This document shows, piece by piece, positions 19,091-27,473 of a stretch of DNA of 33,481 nt. The position numbers and the translations under genes were made by a program. Under the pieces are notes generated by a model. It was not told the origin of the DNA and did not search any database. It worked only from the letters and a program-made list of their open reading frames with translations. Numbering within the stretch: position 1 is the first letter of the stretch; each line of letters starts with the position of its first letter. Source of the stretch: a virus (Duplodnaviria; Caudoviricetes); IMG/VR virus record IMGVR_UViG_3300020043_006832, positions 1-33,481 of that record, one strand, 5' to 3'.

Positions 19091-20779
19091 ATGGTAAAGA
19101 ACGAAAAAGTATTTGAACTAAAAATAGAAGAAGACGATGATGTAAGTGGTATTGATAGTATATCATTGGTAGATGAACCTGCAATTGAAGTTAATTGGGT
19201 TGCATTTGCTAAGGAGAAAGAGCATGATTTTCATATCCCTGACAATGAAGATGATATATATTTAGATAGATTATTATCAAAAGGACAACCTGAACAAGAG
19301 TTATTGGAAGAAGGTTGGGAGATAGAAAGAATTGAAACTGTTAAAGAAAATTTTGCTACAGCACCAAATAAAGCATCTTATGAAGATAATGAGTTTTATA
19401 GAGTTAGATACAAATATGCATTAAACTCTAATATCAAACAGTCAGCAATAATTGCCACAACTCGTCAATTTTGCAAACAACTAATAAACAAGAATTATGT
19501 ATGGAGAATAGAGGAGATTGAAAGTGAGGTTAATTCATTTGGTCAATCAGCACAATTTTGGCGTGGCGGTTGGAATTGCAGGCACCAGTGGTATCGAATA
19601 TTCTATAAACGTAGTGGTGATATTGTTAATAAAGCATCAGTAAATAAAGATAAAATAACTGTAGCAGGTTTCCCAATAGAATTGGAGCCTGAGTTTATAC
19701 AACCTAGTACCGTAACAAGTAAGACTGCAGCTAATCCATCTAAGTCAACAATTAAGAACTTAGGCTTATCAAAAGAAAGAAAGAAATTAGATATTGAACC
19801 AAATCCTTGTTGGGAAGGTTATGAACCTATTGGTCTTCAACCTGATGGTTCACCAAACTGTGTGCCTCTAAGAAAAGAGAATATGGAAAGTGTAAGTGAT
19901 TATCCTGATAGTGTGAAGAATAACGCGAAAGCAGTATTGAAGTATGTTGAAGAAAATGGATGGGGAAGTTGTGGAACTGAGGTAGGTAAGATTAGAGCTA
20001 ATCAACTTGCAAAAGGTGAAGCAATTAGTTTAGATACAGTTAAAAGAATGTATAGTTATTTATCAAGACACGAAAAAGATTTAGAAAGTAGTAAAGGATA
20101 TTCGGACGGATGTGGTAAGTTGATGTATGATAGTTGGGGTGGTAAGTCAGCATTAAGTTGGGCGAAGAGTAAGTTAAATGATTTTGGTTATGATGTAGGT
20201 GCAGTTGGTGGTTATGTTGACCCAGGCATTGAAAAGAAAAAGAAAGTAATAGCAAAACCATTAGTAGAGCCTACAACATTCTTAGATGAGTTTGAATATT
20301 TAACACCATCTAATTTCTCTAAACAATATTTTCAAATCGATAGTGAAGAAAAACATATTGTATTAGGCCCTGCAATGATACCTGACCAAAAGATATTCCG
20401 TAAGGATGAGTTAGGTAGACCTTATTATGTGTTCTTCTCTCCTGAAACGATTAAGATGATTGCGGAGAAATATATGAGAAATAAGCTGATTGACAACAAT
20501 GACCAAATGCATGATGGTAAAGCAATAAAAGATATTCACGTATTGGAAAGTTGGATTAAGGAAAGTGACAACGATAAATCAACTGATTATGGTTATAAAG
20601 ATTTACCTGTAGGTACGTGGTTTGTTTCAATGAAGGTAAATAATGCTGAGATTTGGGACAAGGTAAAATCAGGGAAACTCAACGGATTTAGTGTGTCAGG
20701 ATTTTTCTCAGAAGAGGCAGCATTTAGCAGGGAAGAAATGTTCCTATATAAAGTTGCTGAAATATTAAAGAAATATTAG
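19091..20779 (+). CDS. Prohead serine protease (XkdF/S78-like) with inserted domains
   Basis: N-terminal ISLVDEPAIE. C-terminal GPAMIPD...MHDG...LESWI...GTWFVSMKV...GFSVSG. Confidence 0.8.
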   Translation: MVKNEKVFELKIEEDDDVSGIDSISLVDEPAIEVNWVAFAKEKEHDFHIPDNEDDIYLDRLLSKGQPEQELLEEGWEIERIETVKENFATAPNKASYEDNEFYRVRYKYALNSNIKQSAIIATTRQFCKQLINKNYVWRIEEIESEVNSFGQSAQFWRGGWNCRHQWYRIFYKRSGDIVNKASVNKDKITVAGFPIELEPEFIQPSTVTSKTAANPSKSTIKNLGLSKERKKLDIEPNPCWEGYEPIGLQPDGSPNCVPLRKENMESVSDYPDSVKNNAKAVLKYVEENGWGSCGTEVGKIRANQLAKGEAISLDTVKRMYSYLSRHEKDLESSKGYSDGCGKLMYDSWGGKSALSWAKSKLNDFGYDVGAVGGYVDPGIEKKKKVIAKPLVEPTTFLDEFEYLTPSNFSKQYFQIDSEEKHIVLGPAMIPDQKIFRKDELGRPYYVFFSPETIKMIAEKYMRNKLIDNNDQMHDGKAIKDIHVLESWIKESDNDKSTDYGYKDLPVGTWFVSMKVNNAEIWDKVKSGKLNGFSVSGFFSEEAAFSREEMFLYKVAEILKKY

Positions 20780-20806
20780 ATAAAAGTGGAATTATATATA
20801 CAAATG

Positions 20807-20814
20807 TATATTTA
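20807..20814 (+). promoter_or_regulatory. TATATTTA promoter motif upstream of scaffold/capsid operon
   Basis: Exact motif followed by an A-rich leader to ATG 20851. Confidence 0.65.
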
Positions 20815-20850
20815 GTAGTAGAACAATAAAATAAAAAAACAAAATAGATT

Positions 20851-21606
20851 ATGTCAAATTCAAAAACCGCAATTGGTGAAATTAAAAAATTGATGGTACA
20901 ATTTGGTTTCTTAAACGAAGAATCTACTCCTTTATCATTCAAGTTAGCTGATAATACAATCTTACAAGTTTCTAAATTAGAAGCAGGTAATAAAATTGTT
21001 AAAATCAATGAAGCATTTGAGCAAGTGGCATTGGAAGATGGTGAATATCGTTTAGTTGAGAACTTCAGCATTGAAGTTGTTAATGGTGAAATTAAATCAG
21101 TACGTGAGATTTTTGTTGATGCTAAATTGGTAGACGGTACAGTCGTTAAAGTTGAAGGTGATGCTGTGGTTGAAGGTGCAAAAGTATTGGTAGTTACTGC
21201 TGATGCTGAAGTTCCTGCACCCGATGGTGTTCACGAATTAGAAGACGGTACTAAGATTGAAACTAAGGATGGAGTTATTGCAATGGTAACTGAACCTGCT
21301 GAAAAAGTGGAAGAAGAAAAGAAACCAATGGAAGGACCCGAAGCTGAAGTTGAAGTAGAAGTTAAAAAAGAAGGAATGGAATCAGAAGTGGTTGCATTAC
21401 TTAAAGAATTAGTAGTTAAATTAGGCGAGAAAATTGCTGCTTTAGAAGGTAAAGTAGAAGGTATGAACGCTGAGTTTAGTGCATTTAGAAAAGAACCAGG
21501 TGCTAAGAAAATAGCTGATGGTAAAGTTTCTAAGTTTAATAAGGTAGATGATTATAATGACACATTGGATGCAAAAGTTGCTTCAATTATGGCATTAAGA
21601 AAATAA
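20851..21606 (+). CDS. Capsid scaffolding protein
   Basis: Acidic, with a duplicated DG-x-H/Y-x-L unit (APDGVHELEDGT) and a C-terminal coiled coil. Lies between protease and capsid. Confidence 0.7.
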   Translation: MSNSKTAIGEIKKLMVQFGFLNEESTPLSFKLADNTILQVSKLEAGNKIVKINEAFEQVALEDGEYRLVENFSIEVVNGEIKSVREIFVDAKLVDGTVVKVEGDAVVEGAKVLVVTADAEVPAPDGVHELEDGTKIETKDGVIAMVTEPAEKVEEEKKPMEGPEAEVEVEVKKEGMESEVVALLKELVVKLGEKIAALEGKVEGMNAEFSAFRKEPGAKKIADGKVSKFNKVDDYNDTLDAKVASIMALRK

Positions 21607-21632
21607 AAAATAAAAATTAAAAAAAATAAAAA

Positions 21633-22613
21633 ATGAAAATTTTAAAGAAAGAAAATTTTAGCTATGATGTAGCAGCAATTGGTGACTATGTTGACCAGGT
21701 TGGTGGTGAATTATTAGCAAAAGCACTTATCGGTGCAACGACACCTTCTTACGTAAATGTAAGATTGGGCATCTCTGGAACACAGGCTTTGAACTTATTA
21801 AACAGTTCAATCCAATTCCAATCAGGTACTTGTGGATGGCAACCAACTGGTTCTACTACAACCTACACACAAACAAACATTACTACTTGTCAAGAGAAGT
21901 ACAATGAAGCGTTATGTTATAAAGATTTATTTGACACTTACCAATCTATGTTAATGTCTTCTAAATCTTCAACTCAAGAGTCAGTTCCATTTGAACAACA
22001 AATTGCTGATTTAAAAGTTAAGCAAATCCAACAAAGAATTGAGCAACAATTGTGGCAAGGTTCTACAGGTGCAACAGGTTCAACTAATGCTTGTTTCGAC
22101 GGTTTGAAATTATTAATTTCTACAGGTACAACAGGTGTTGCTAACTCAACAGGTACAACTTTCAACACACAACCTTACGGTACTGCAGGTAACCCAATCA
22201 CAGAAGTTGATAAATTAATCAACGTTCTTGATGACAATGCAATGTCTCGTGATGACTTAAGAGTATTTATGTCTTATGCAAACTTCCGTAAGTATGTACA
22301 AGCATTAACTCAAGCTAACTTCTTCCAAAACTATATCGGTGCTGCTGATATTACAGGAAATATGGAAGCTACACATCCTAACACTAACGTAAAAGTTATT
22401 CCTACAATCGGTTTAAACGGTTCTAATCAAATCGTAATTGGACCTGCAGAATTTATGGTTGTTGGATTTGGATTAATGTCAGACCACGAAAAATTGACTA
22501 TTTGGTACAGTAAGGATTTTGATGAATTACGTTTAAGAGCAAACTACAACTATGGTGTAACAATTGCTACTTTCGGTTCAACAGCATACTTCGCAACTAA
22601 CAACTTAGCTTAA
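21633..22613 (+). CDS. Major capsid protein
   Basis: Size, position after the scaffold, strong A-rich start and biased codon use. EALCYKDL and LWQG...FDGL motifs. Confidence 0.85.
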   Translation: MKILKKENFSYDVAAIGDYVDQVGGELLAKALIGATTPSYVNVRLGISGTQALNLLNSSIQFQSGTCGWQPTGSTTTYTQTNITTCQEKYNEALCYKDLFDTYQSMLMSSKSSTQESVPFEQQIADLKVKQIQQRIEQQLWQGSTGATGSTNACFDGLKLLISTGTTGVANSTGTTFNTQPYGTAGNPITEVDKLINVLDDNAMSRDDLRVFMSYANFRKYVQALTQANFFQNYIGAADITGNMEATHPNTNVKVIPTIGLNGSNQIVIGPAEFMVVGFGLMSDHEKLTIWYSKDFDELRLRANYNYGVTIATFGSTAYFATNNLA

Positions 22614-22630
22614 TTGCAATAAAAAAACTG

Positions 22631-22651
22631 AGGGGTGAAAGTCCCCTTTTT
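22631..22651 (+). terminator. Intrinsic terminator after capsid gene
   Basis: agggg-tgaaagt-cccct followed by a T run. Confidence 0.6.
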
Positions 22652-22682
22652 AATAAAACAAAAAAAATAAATAAATAAAAAT

Positions 22683-23270
22683 ATGAGTTGTTATATATCT
22701 CAAGGTGTTACTTTAGGTTGTTCTGACGGTATCGGTGGTATTAAATCCATTTGGGTTTTAGGTACTTCAACAGGAACTACTGCATCTGTTAGTGGTGTAA
22801 CTTATTCAGGAGGAACTTCAGGCTCTACTGCTTATGATGTAACTGGTCCAATATCAGGCATCACAGGAGCAGGAAACTGGTTCAACTTCGAACTTAAAAG
22901 AAACACTTCGTCACTTGCACAGAACACAACTAAGTCATTCGAAAATGGTACAATTTTTTACGAACAAGTTTTGACTGCAGTATTATACAGATATTCACAA
23001 GAAAAAAGAAACCAACTATTAGTATTGGGACAGAACGATAATATTAAAATTATTGCTCAAGACCAAAACGATGTGTTCTATTACTTAGGTCAAGTGAATG
23101 GTATGTATTTATCTGGTGGTGCAGCTGCTTCAGGTACTGCATTCGGTGATAGAAATGGATTTGAAATGATTTGGACGGGCCAAGAACACACCCCTGCAAA
23201 TACTATCAATGCTTCTAACGTAACTGCATTAAATGCACTTTTACAAGCTGGTGGTTTCACTGTAGCTTAA
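22683..23270 (+). CDS. Major tail tube protein
   Basis: C.DGIGGIK, ENGTIFYEQ.L and SGTAFGDRNG motifs. Follows the capsid gene with a strong A-rich start. Confidence 0.75.
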   Translation: MSCYISQGVTLGCSDGIGGIKSIWVLGTSTGTTASVSGVTYSGGTSGSTAYDVTGPISGITGAGNWFNFELKRNTSSLAQNTTKSFENGTIFYEQVLTAVLYRYSQEKRNQLLVLGQNDNIKIIAQDQNDVFYYLGQVNGMYLSGGAAASGTAFGDRNGFEMIWTGQEHTPANTINASNVTALNALLQAGGFTVA

Positions 23271-23328
23271 TAAGAAATTAGTAACCTTGTGAAAGGTGAA
23301 TTTTCTATATTCTATGTTTAAAAAAATT

Positions 23329-23351
23329 AGGGTCTTAGGACCCTTTTTTTT
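23329..23351 (+). terminator. Intrinsic terminator after tail tube gene
   Basis: agggtc-ttag-gaccct followed by a T run. Confidence 0.85.
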
Positions 23352-23380
23352 ATAATATACCCTTTCAACTTGAAATTTTT

Positions 23381-23388
23381 TATATTTA
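23381..23388 (+). promoter_or_regulatory. TATATTTA promoter motif, 7 nt before ATG 23396
   Basis: Exact motif just after a terminator, where transcription must restart. Confidence 0.7.
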
Positions 23389-23395
23389 GTTATAT

Positions 23396-23773
23396 ATGCT
23401 ATACATTATTAAAGGACAACGAAATGAATTAGTGATGAACATTAACAATAATGCTCGTCCTGAATTTACAGGTTATACATTAACATTCACTCACATTATG
23501 AGTATGGAGGTTAAAAGTTATTTAGTTAGTACATCCAATCCTGCACAATATTCACAAAACATACGTTATTGCTTAATTACATTACCATTAGACGTAGATG
23601 ATTTGAATTATGAAGGTGAGTATCAATTAAACATTTTCGGTCAAGGTGGAGGTTATACAGACTTTCCTGTGTTCGTTGGCATTGCTATATTAGAAGGTCA
23701 AGAAGAAGAACCATTATTTACACAATACATTTCTCCTAATGAAGAGAATGAAAATTATATATACATAAGCTAA
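23396..23773 (+). CDS. Virion structural protein (possible head closure)
   Basis: Beta-rich 125 aa between tail tube and portal. Confidence 0.5.
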   Translation: MLYIIKGQRNELVMNINNNARPEFTGYTLTFTHIMSMEVKSYLVSTSNPAQYSQNIRYCLITLPLDVDDLNYEGEYQLNIFGQGGGYTDFPVFVGIAILEGQEEEPLFTQYISPNEENENYIYIS

Positions 23774-23777
23774 AAAT

Positions 23778-25109
23778 ATGAGTCAATTAAAAAATATAAA
23801 CTTCAGAATGGCCTCAGTGCCAATTTATAGTGAAGTTTTACAAAGAGTAAATTGGGTGTATTACGGAGAATCGAACCTCCTACCTAACTACTTTATAAGC
23901 CTTTACGATAATTGCAGCATTCATAAAGCTGTCGTAACAAGTAAGGTAAATCAGATTATGGGTGATGGTATTGTTTCATTAAACAATCCAATGGCCTCAA
24001 TTAATCTTGTAAATCCATCTGAGAATGTAACTGATGTAATGAAAAAATGTGCATTGGACTTTATGTTATTTGGTGGTTTTGCATTAAACGTAATTAAAAC
24101 AAAAGACGGTAAAGGTATTGCTGAGATTTATCATATTGATTTTTCAAGAATTAGAAGTGGTAAATTAAACGATGAAGATAAAGTAGACCATTATTATTAC
24201 TCACCAAATTGGACTGATACTAAAAAATACAAGCCTGAAGAATATCCTGCATTTGATATGAACACAAGTAGTAAATCACAGATTTATTATTTTAAGAACT
24301 ATCAACCAGGTTTATCTTATTATCCAATCCCTGATTGGTCAGCAGGACAACGTGCAATTGAGGTAGATATTGAAGCTAAGAACTTTCATCTAAACAACTT
24401 ACGTAAAGGTATGGTTCCGTCATTATGGATTAACTATAACAATGGTATCCCTGGTGAAGAAGAAATGTTGACAATCACAAGAGCATTAGAAAGTCAGTAT
24501 GGTGGAACAGATAATGCAGGACAAGCAATTATATCTTTCAATGAGAGTAAGGAACAATCACCTGAAATTACACAGATACCTCGTAACGATAATGACAACT
24601 ACTATCAATCATTAAACGATGATATTACACGTAATATCTTATCAGCACATAGAGTAAGTTCAGCAGAACTTTTCGGTATTGCTACAGCAGGTAAATTAGG
24701 TGGTGGTGATGAAATTACTCAACACTCAGAATATTTCCGTAAGATGGTTATTCAACCTTATCAAAACGAAATGCTTCCTGTGTTCAATAAATTACTTTCA
24801 ATCAAATTTGAAAAGCCTACTACGTTTGAAGTTAAACCTTTAAGTTTATTCTTAACAGGTGATGTAACTGAAAATCCTCAAGTAATTGATAAGCCTGTAA
24901 CTCCTGTGGAAGCTGAAGCAGTTCCTGTGAATGAAAATATTAAAGGATTGAAAGGAAGAGAATATCAAGGTTTATTAAGAATTGTACGTGAGTATAATAA
25001 AGAAAAAATAACAAGGGGTCAAGCTATGCAGATGTTAATGAGTGGATTCGGTCTTACTCAAGAAGATTGTATCGCGTGGTTAGGCGAAGAAGAATTAAAT
25101 TATAATTAA
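23778..25109 (+). CDS. Portal protein
   Basis: WVYYGE.N..P, DFMLFGGFAL, YYPIPDW, GTDNAG and ILSAHRV motifs. Confidence 0.88.
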   Translation: MSQLKNINFRMASVPIYSEVLQRVNWVYYGESNLLPNYFISLYDNCSIHKAVVTSKVNQIMGDGIVSLNNPMASINLVNPSENVTDVMKKCALDFMLFGGFALNVIKTKDGKGIAEIYHIDFSRIRSGKLNDEDKVDHYYYSPNWTDTKKYKPEEYPAFDMNTSSKSQIYYFKNYQPGLSYYPIPDWSAGQRAIEVDIEAKNFHLNNLRKGMVPSLWINYNNGIPGEEEMLTITRALESQYGGTDNAGQAIISFNESKEQSPEITQIPRNDNDNYYQSLNDDITRNILSAHRVSSAELFGIATAGKLGGGDEITQHSEYFRKMVIQPYQNEMLPVFNKLLSIKFEKPTTFEVKPLSLFLTGDVTENPQVIDKPVTPVEAEAVPVNENIKGLKGREYQGLLRIVREYNKEKITRGQAMQMLMSGFGLTQEDCIAWLGEEELNYN

Positions 25110-25110
25110 G

Positions 25111-25275
25111 ATGGGAGTATTAACAAAAGAAGAATTAATTACAATTGGAATTGCACTATCTATATCGGATAATGAAAAAACTTTTGAATGTAAATTAATA
25201 TCAAAAGAAGATTTAGATAAACTATCTAAAAAAATTCATCAATTAACACAAGAAGAATATAAAAAATTAAATTAA
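25111..25275 (+). CDS. 54-aa hypothetical protein (not in ORF track)
   Basis: MGVLTKEELITIG...EEYKKLN fills the portal-connector gap exactly and is bounded by a 19-bp direct repeat. Confidence 0.65.
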   Translation: MGVLTKEELITIGIALSISDNEKTFECKLISKEDLDKLSKKIHQLTQEEYKKLN

Positions 25276-25276
25276 G

Positions 25277-25897
25277 ATGGGAGTATTATTAATATCAGAA
25301 ACAAAATTAAAAGCATTTACTAACATAAACCGAAATGTAGAAATTGATTTGTTAAAAGCTGAAATACAGGTAGCCTCTGACATAGACCTTCAGACGATTC
25401 TAGGTACCAAATTTTATAATCATTTATGTTCACAAGTAACTGCAACAGGTAATACTTTTAATGCTGCAGAAACAACATTGGTGAATGATTATATACAACC
25501 ATTTTTAATCCAACAGGCCTATTTCCAGGCAATGCCTAGTATCCAATTCCGAACAATGAATAGAGGTATGGTTGAAGGTACAATGGAGAATGCTACCGCT
25601 GTTGATATTGAAACGTTTAAGTACTTAAGAAACATTCAGAAGCAACGTGCTGACTTTTATATGACAAGACTATTAGATTATCTATTAACTGGTAAAGGTC
25701 AAAATCAATTCCCTGACTACACTTCAACATCTACAATTGATGGTATGATACCTGATAGACGTGAGAAATATATGAATGGTATTTACCTTAAACATACAAC
25801 AAGAAAAGGATATGCATTGAGAGATGCATTACCTGGTGGAACACCAATGTATAGTGAATTGGAGCATGAAAATCCTCCTTGTCAAGATTGCTACTAA
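25277..25897 (+). CDS. Head-tail connector/adaptor protein
   Basis: LLISETKLK...LQTILGTKFY...YIQPFL motifs; follows the portal. Confidence 0.65.
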   Translation: MGVLLISETKLKAFTNINRNVEIDLLKAEIQVASDIDLQTILGTKFYNHLCSQVTATGNTFNAAETTLVNDYIQPFLIQQAYFQAMPSIQFRTMNRGMVEGTMENATAVDIETFKYLRNIQKQRADFYMTRLLDYLLTGKGQNQFPDYTSTSTIDGMIPDRREKYMNGIYLKHTTRKGYALRDALPGGTPMYSELEHENPPCQDCY

Positions 25898-25906
25898 AAT
25901 TAAAAT

Positions 25907-26119
25907 ATGAATATAGATTATTATTTACCAAAACCAACAGAAGAAGAACTAACCTTAGGATATAAAGCAGAATATTTTGAAAGGATTTTAAGTTTAGAAT
26001 TAGATAAAAAATATAAGATAAACTCAAAAGAATTAAACTTTTGGGTAAGTCATAATTTCAATTCAATTTTCTTAAATGAAAAGGAATTAAATTTAACAGA
26101 AATTAAAAAATTAATGTAA
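25907..26119 (+). CDS. Hypothetical protein
   Basis: Tightly packed ORF with TAATG coupling to the next gene. Confidence 0.55.
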   Translation: MNIDYYLPKPTEEELTLGYKAEYFERILSLELDKKYKINSKELNFWVSHNFNSIFLNEKELNLTEIKKLM

Positions 26120-26481
26120 TGGCGACACAAGCAGAATTTATAAGTGTGCTTCATCAAGCAAAAACACAAGCTCAGATATGGCATCACCAAACAACATTAT
26201 ACCCTGAACATAAAGCATTAGGTCATTTTTACGAAGGCATTACAGAACACATAGATAGTCTTGTTGAAAGTCTGCAAGGATATGGTCCACGTATTGTTGG
26301 CTACACAACCAAACCATTGGTGGATTGGAAAGAGGGTCAAGCCTACGAATATCTAAAAGGATTGTGTGTTTATACTCAAGCTGAGAGATTAGGCTTAGGT
26401 GCTGACAGTTGGATACAAAATCAGGTGGATGACTTACAAAAGTTTCTATATCAAATAAAATACGAATTAACTCTTAAATAA
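26119..26481 (+). CDS. Ferritin/Dps-like four-helix protein (DUF5856-like)
   Basis: WHHQT...EHKALGHFYE...DSLVESLQG motif. Confidence 0.7.
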   Translation: MATQAEFISVLHQAKTQAQIWHHQTTLYPEHKALGHFYEGITEHIDSLVESLQGYGPRIVGYTTKPLVDWKEGQAYEYLKGLCVYTQAERLGLGADSWIQNQVDDLQKFLYQIKYELTLK

Positions 26482-26482
26482 T

Positions 26483-26692
26483 ATGAAGTTTGAAGATATA
26501 ATCAGATTGAAGCAGAACAATTTTGAAATTAAATTACCACTGCAGGTTGAAGAGAAGTTTGTAATACCACAACCTGAACCAAACGAAACTGAAGAGAAAT
26601 ACATCAGTCGCTGTATGGGAGCTATAGGAAGTGAGTATGATACTCAAGAACAAGCACTAGCAGTTTGCTACGCCCAATTAGAAAAGAAATAA
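26483..26692 (+). CDS. Small head-associated hypothetical protein
   Basis: P.PNETEEKYISRCM...QALAVCY motif. Confidence 0.6.
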   Translation: MKFEDIIRLKQNNFEIKLPLQVEEKFVIPQPEPNETEEKYISRCMGAIGSEYDTQEQALAVCYAQLEKK

Positions 26693-26718
26693 AAAACCCC
26701 ACTGTAGAAACAGTAGGG
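26691..26718 (-). terminator. Intrinsic terminator for leftward early operon
   Basis: On the - strand: CCCTACTG-tttcta-CAGTGGGG-TTTTTT. The G-U pair works only on the - strand. Confidence 0.8.
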
Positions 26719-26767
26719 CAGTCAGTTAAAATGTTAAAAAAACTGACTTATGATAATTGGAAATGGA

Positions 26768-27328
26768 TTAGTTTTTAACTTTTTCTTTTAGATTATTGGT
26801 ACTTTCAAGCCAACTTGTATAATCAGTATAGTTAATACCTCCCTGTGTTTCTTCGATGGTAAAACTACCATCTTCATTATCAGCGTAGGTAAATCCAAAT
26901 ATACATCCAATACTTTCTTCAACCTTAAAATTGGCCTCAATTAAGTTTAATTTATCTATTTCTGCTACAACCATAACAAATGCACCTGTGGCTTCAACCA
27001 ATTTGTTGAATATATCAGCCTGTGTTAAATCCCTTAATGTTGATTTAACTTTATCATAGTTTGTCAATGCATAATATAATTGACCCACATCTTTCATTGC
27101 ATTTTCACGCAACTCTAATAGATTAGCATCTATTGGGAATATATAATCATATAGATGCACTTTAGGAAATGCAAATCTAAGGGGGGTTATTTGCTCTTTA
27201 TTATCAATTATACACATTACCCCGATAATAGCATTTTCATGCTGTAATGGGTCTGTAATGCTCGTAGGCTTAGTGCTTTTCTTCTGAGTGTTCTTAGTGG
27301 TCGTATGACCTGTTTTTCTTTTTGACAT
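26768..27328 (-). CDS. Hypothetical protein
   Basis: 186-aa ORF with A-rich start and downstream terminator. Confidence 0.7.
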   Translation of the reverse strand: MSKRKTGHTTTKNTQKKSTKPTSITDPLQHENAIIGVMCIIDNKEQITPLRFAFPKVHLYDYIFPIDANLLELRENAMKDVGQLYYALTNYDKVKSTLRDLTQADIFNKLVEATGAFVMVVAEIDKLNLIEANFKVEESIGCIFGFTYADNEDGSFTIEETQGGINYTDYTSWLESTNNLKEKVKN

Positions 27329-27329
27329 T

Positions 27330-27416
27330 TTATTTAAGTTTAGTTAGTTTATTGAATTTGTAAATTATCACTACTGCAGCAATAAAGTAAGGTGCGATTG
27401 AAAGTGTGTGTGCCAT
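27330..27416 (-). CDS. 28-aa hydrophobic peptide (not in ORF track)
   Basis: MAHTLSIAPYFIAAVVIIYKFNKLTKLK. Shares a 20-nt start region with the 27704 gene, and its stop abuts the next ATG. Confidence 0.6.
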   Translation of the reverse strand: MAHTLSIAPYFIAAVVIIYKFNKLTKLK

Positions 27417-27435
27417 AACATTTTGTTTTAGAATG

Positions 27436-27467
27436 TAAAGGTAGGGGATTGTTAGTCCCCCACCAAA
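27436..27467 (-). promoter_or_regulatory. Bacteroidota-type promoter variant (TTTG-N20-TACCTTTA)
   Basis: Spacing matches the -33/-7 consensus. The spacer contains a ggggatt/agtcccc inverted repeat. Confidence 0.5.
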
Positions 27468-27473
27468 TCTTTT

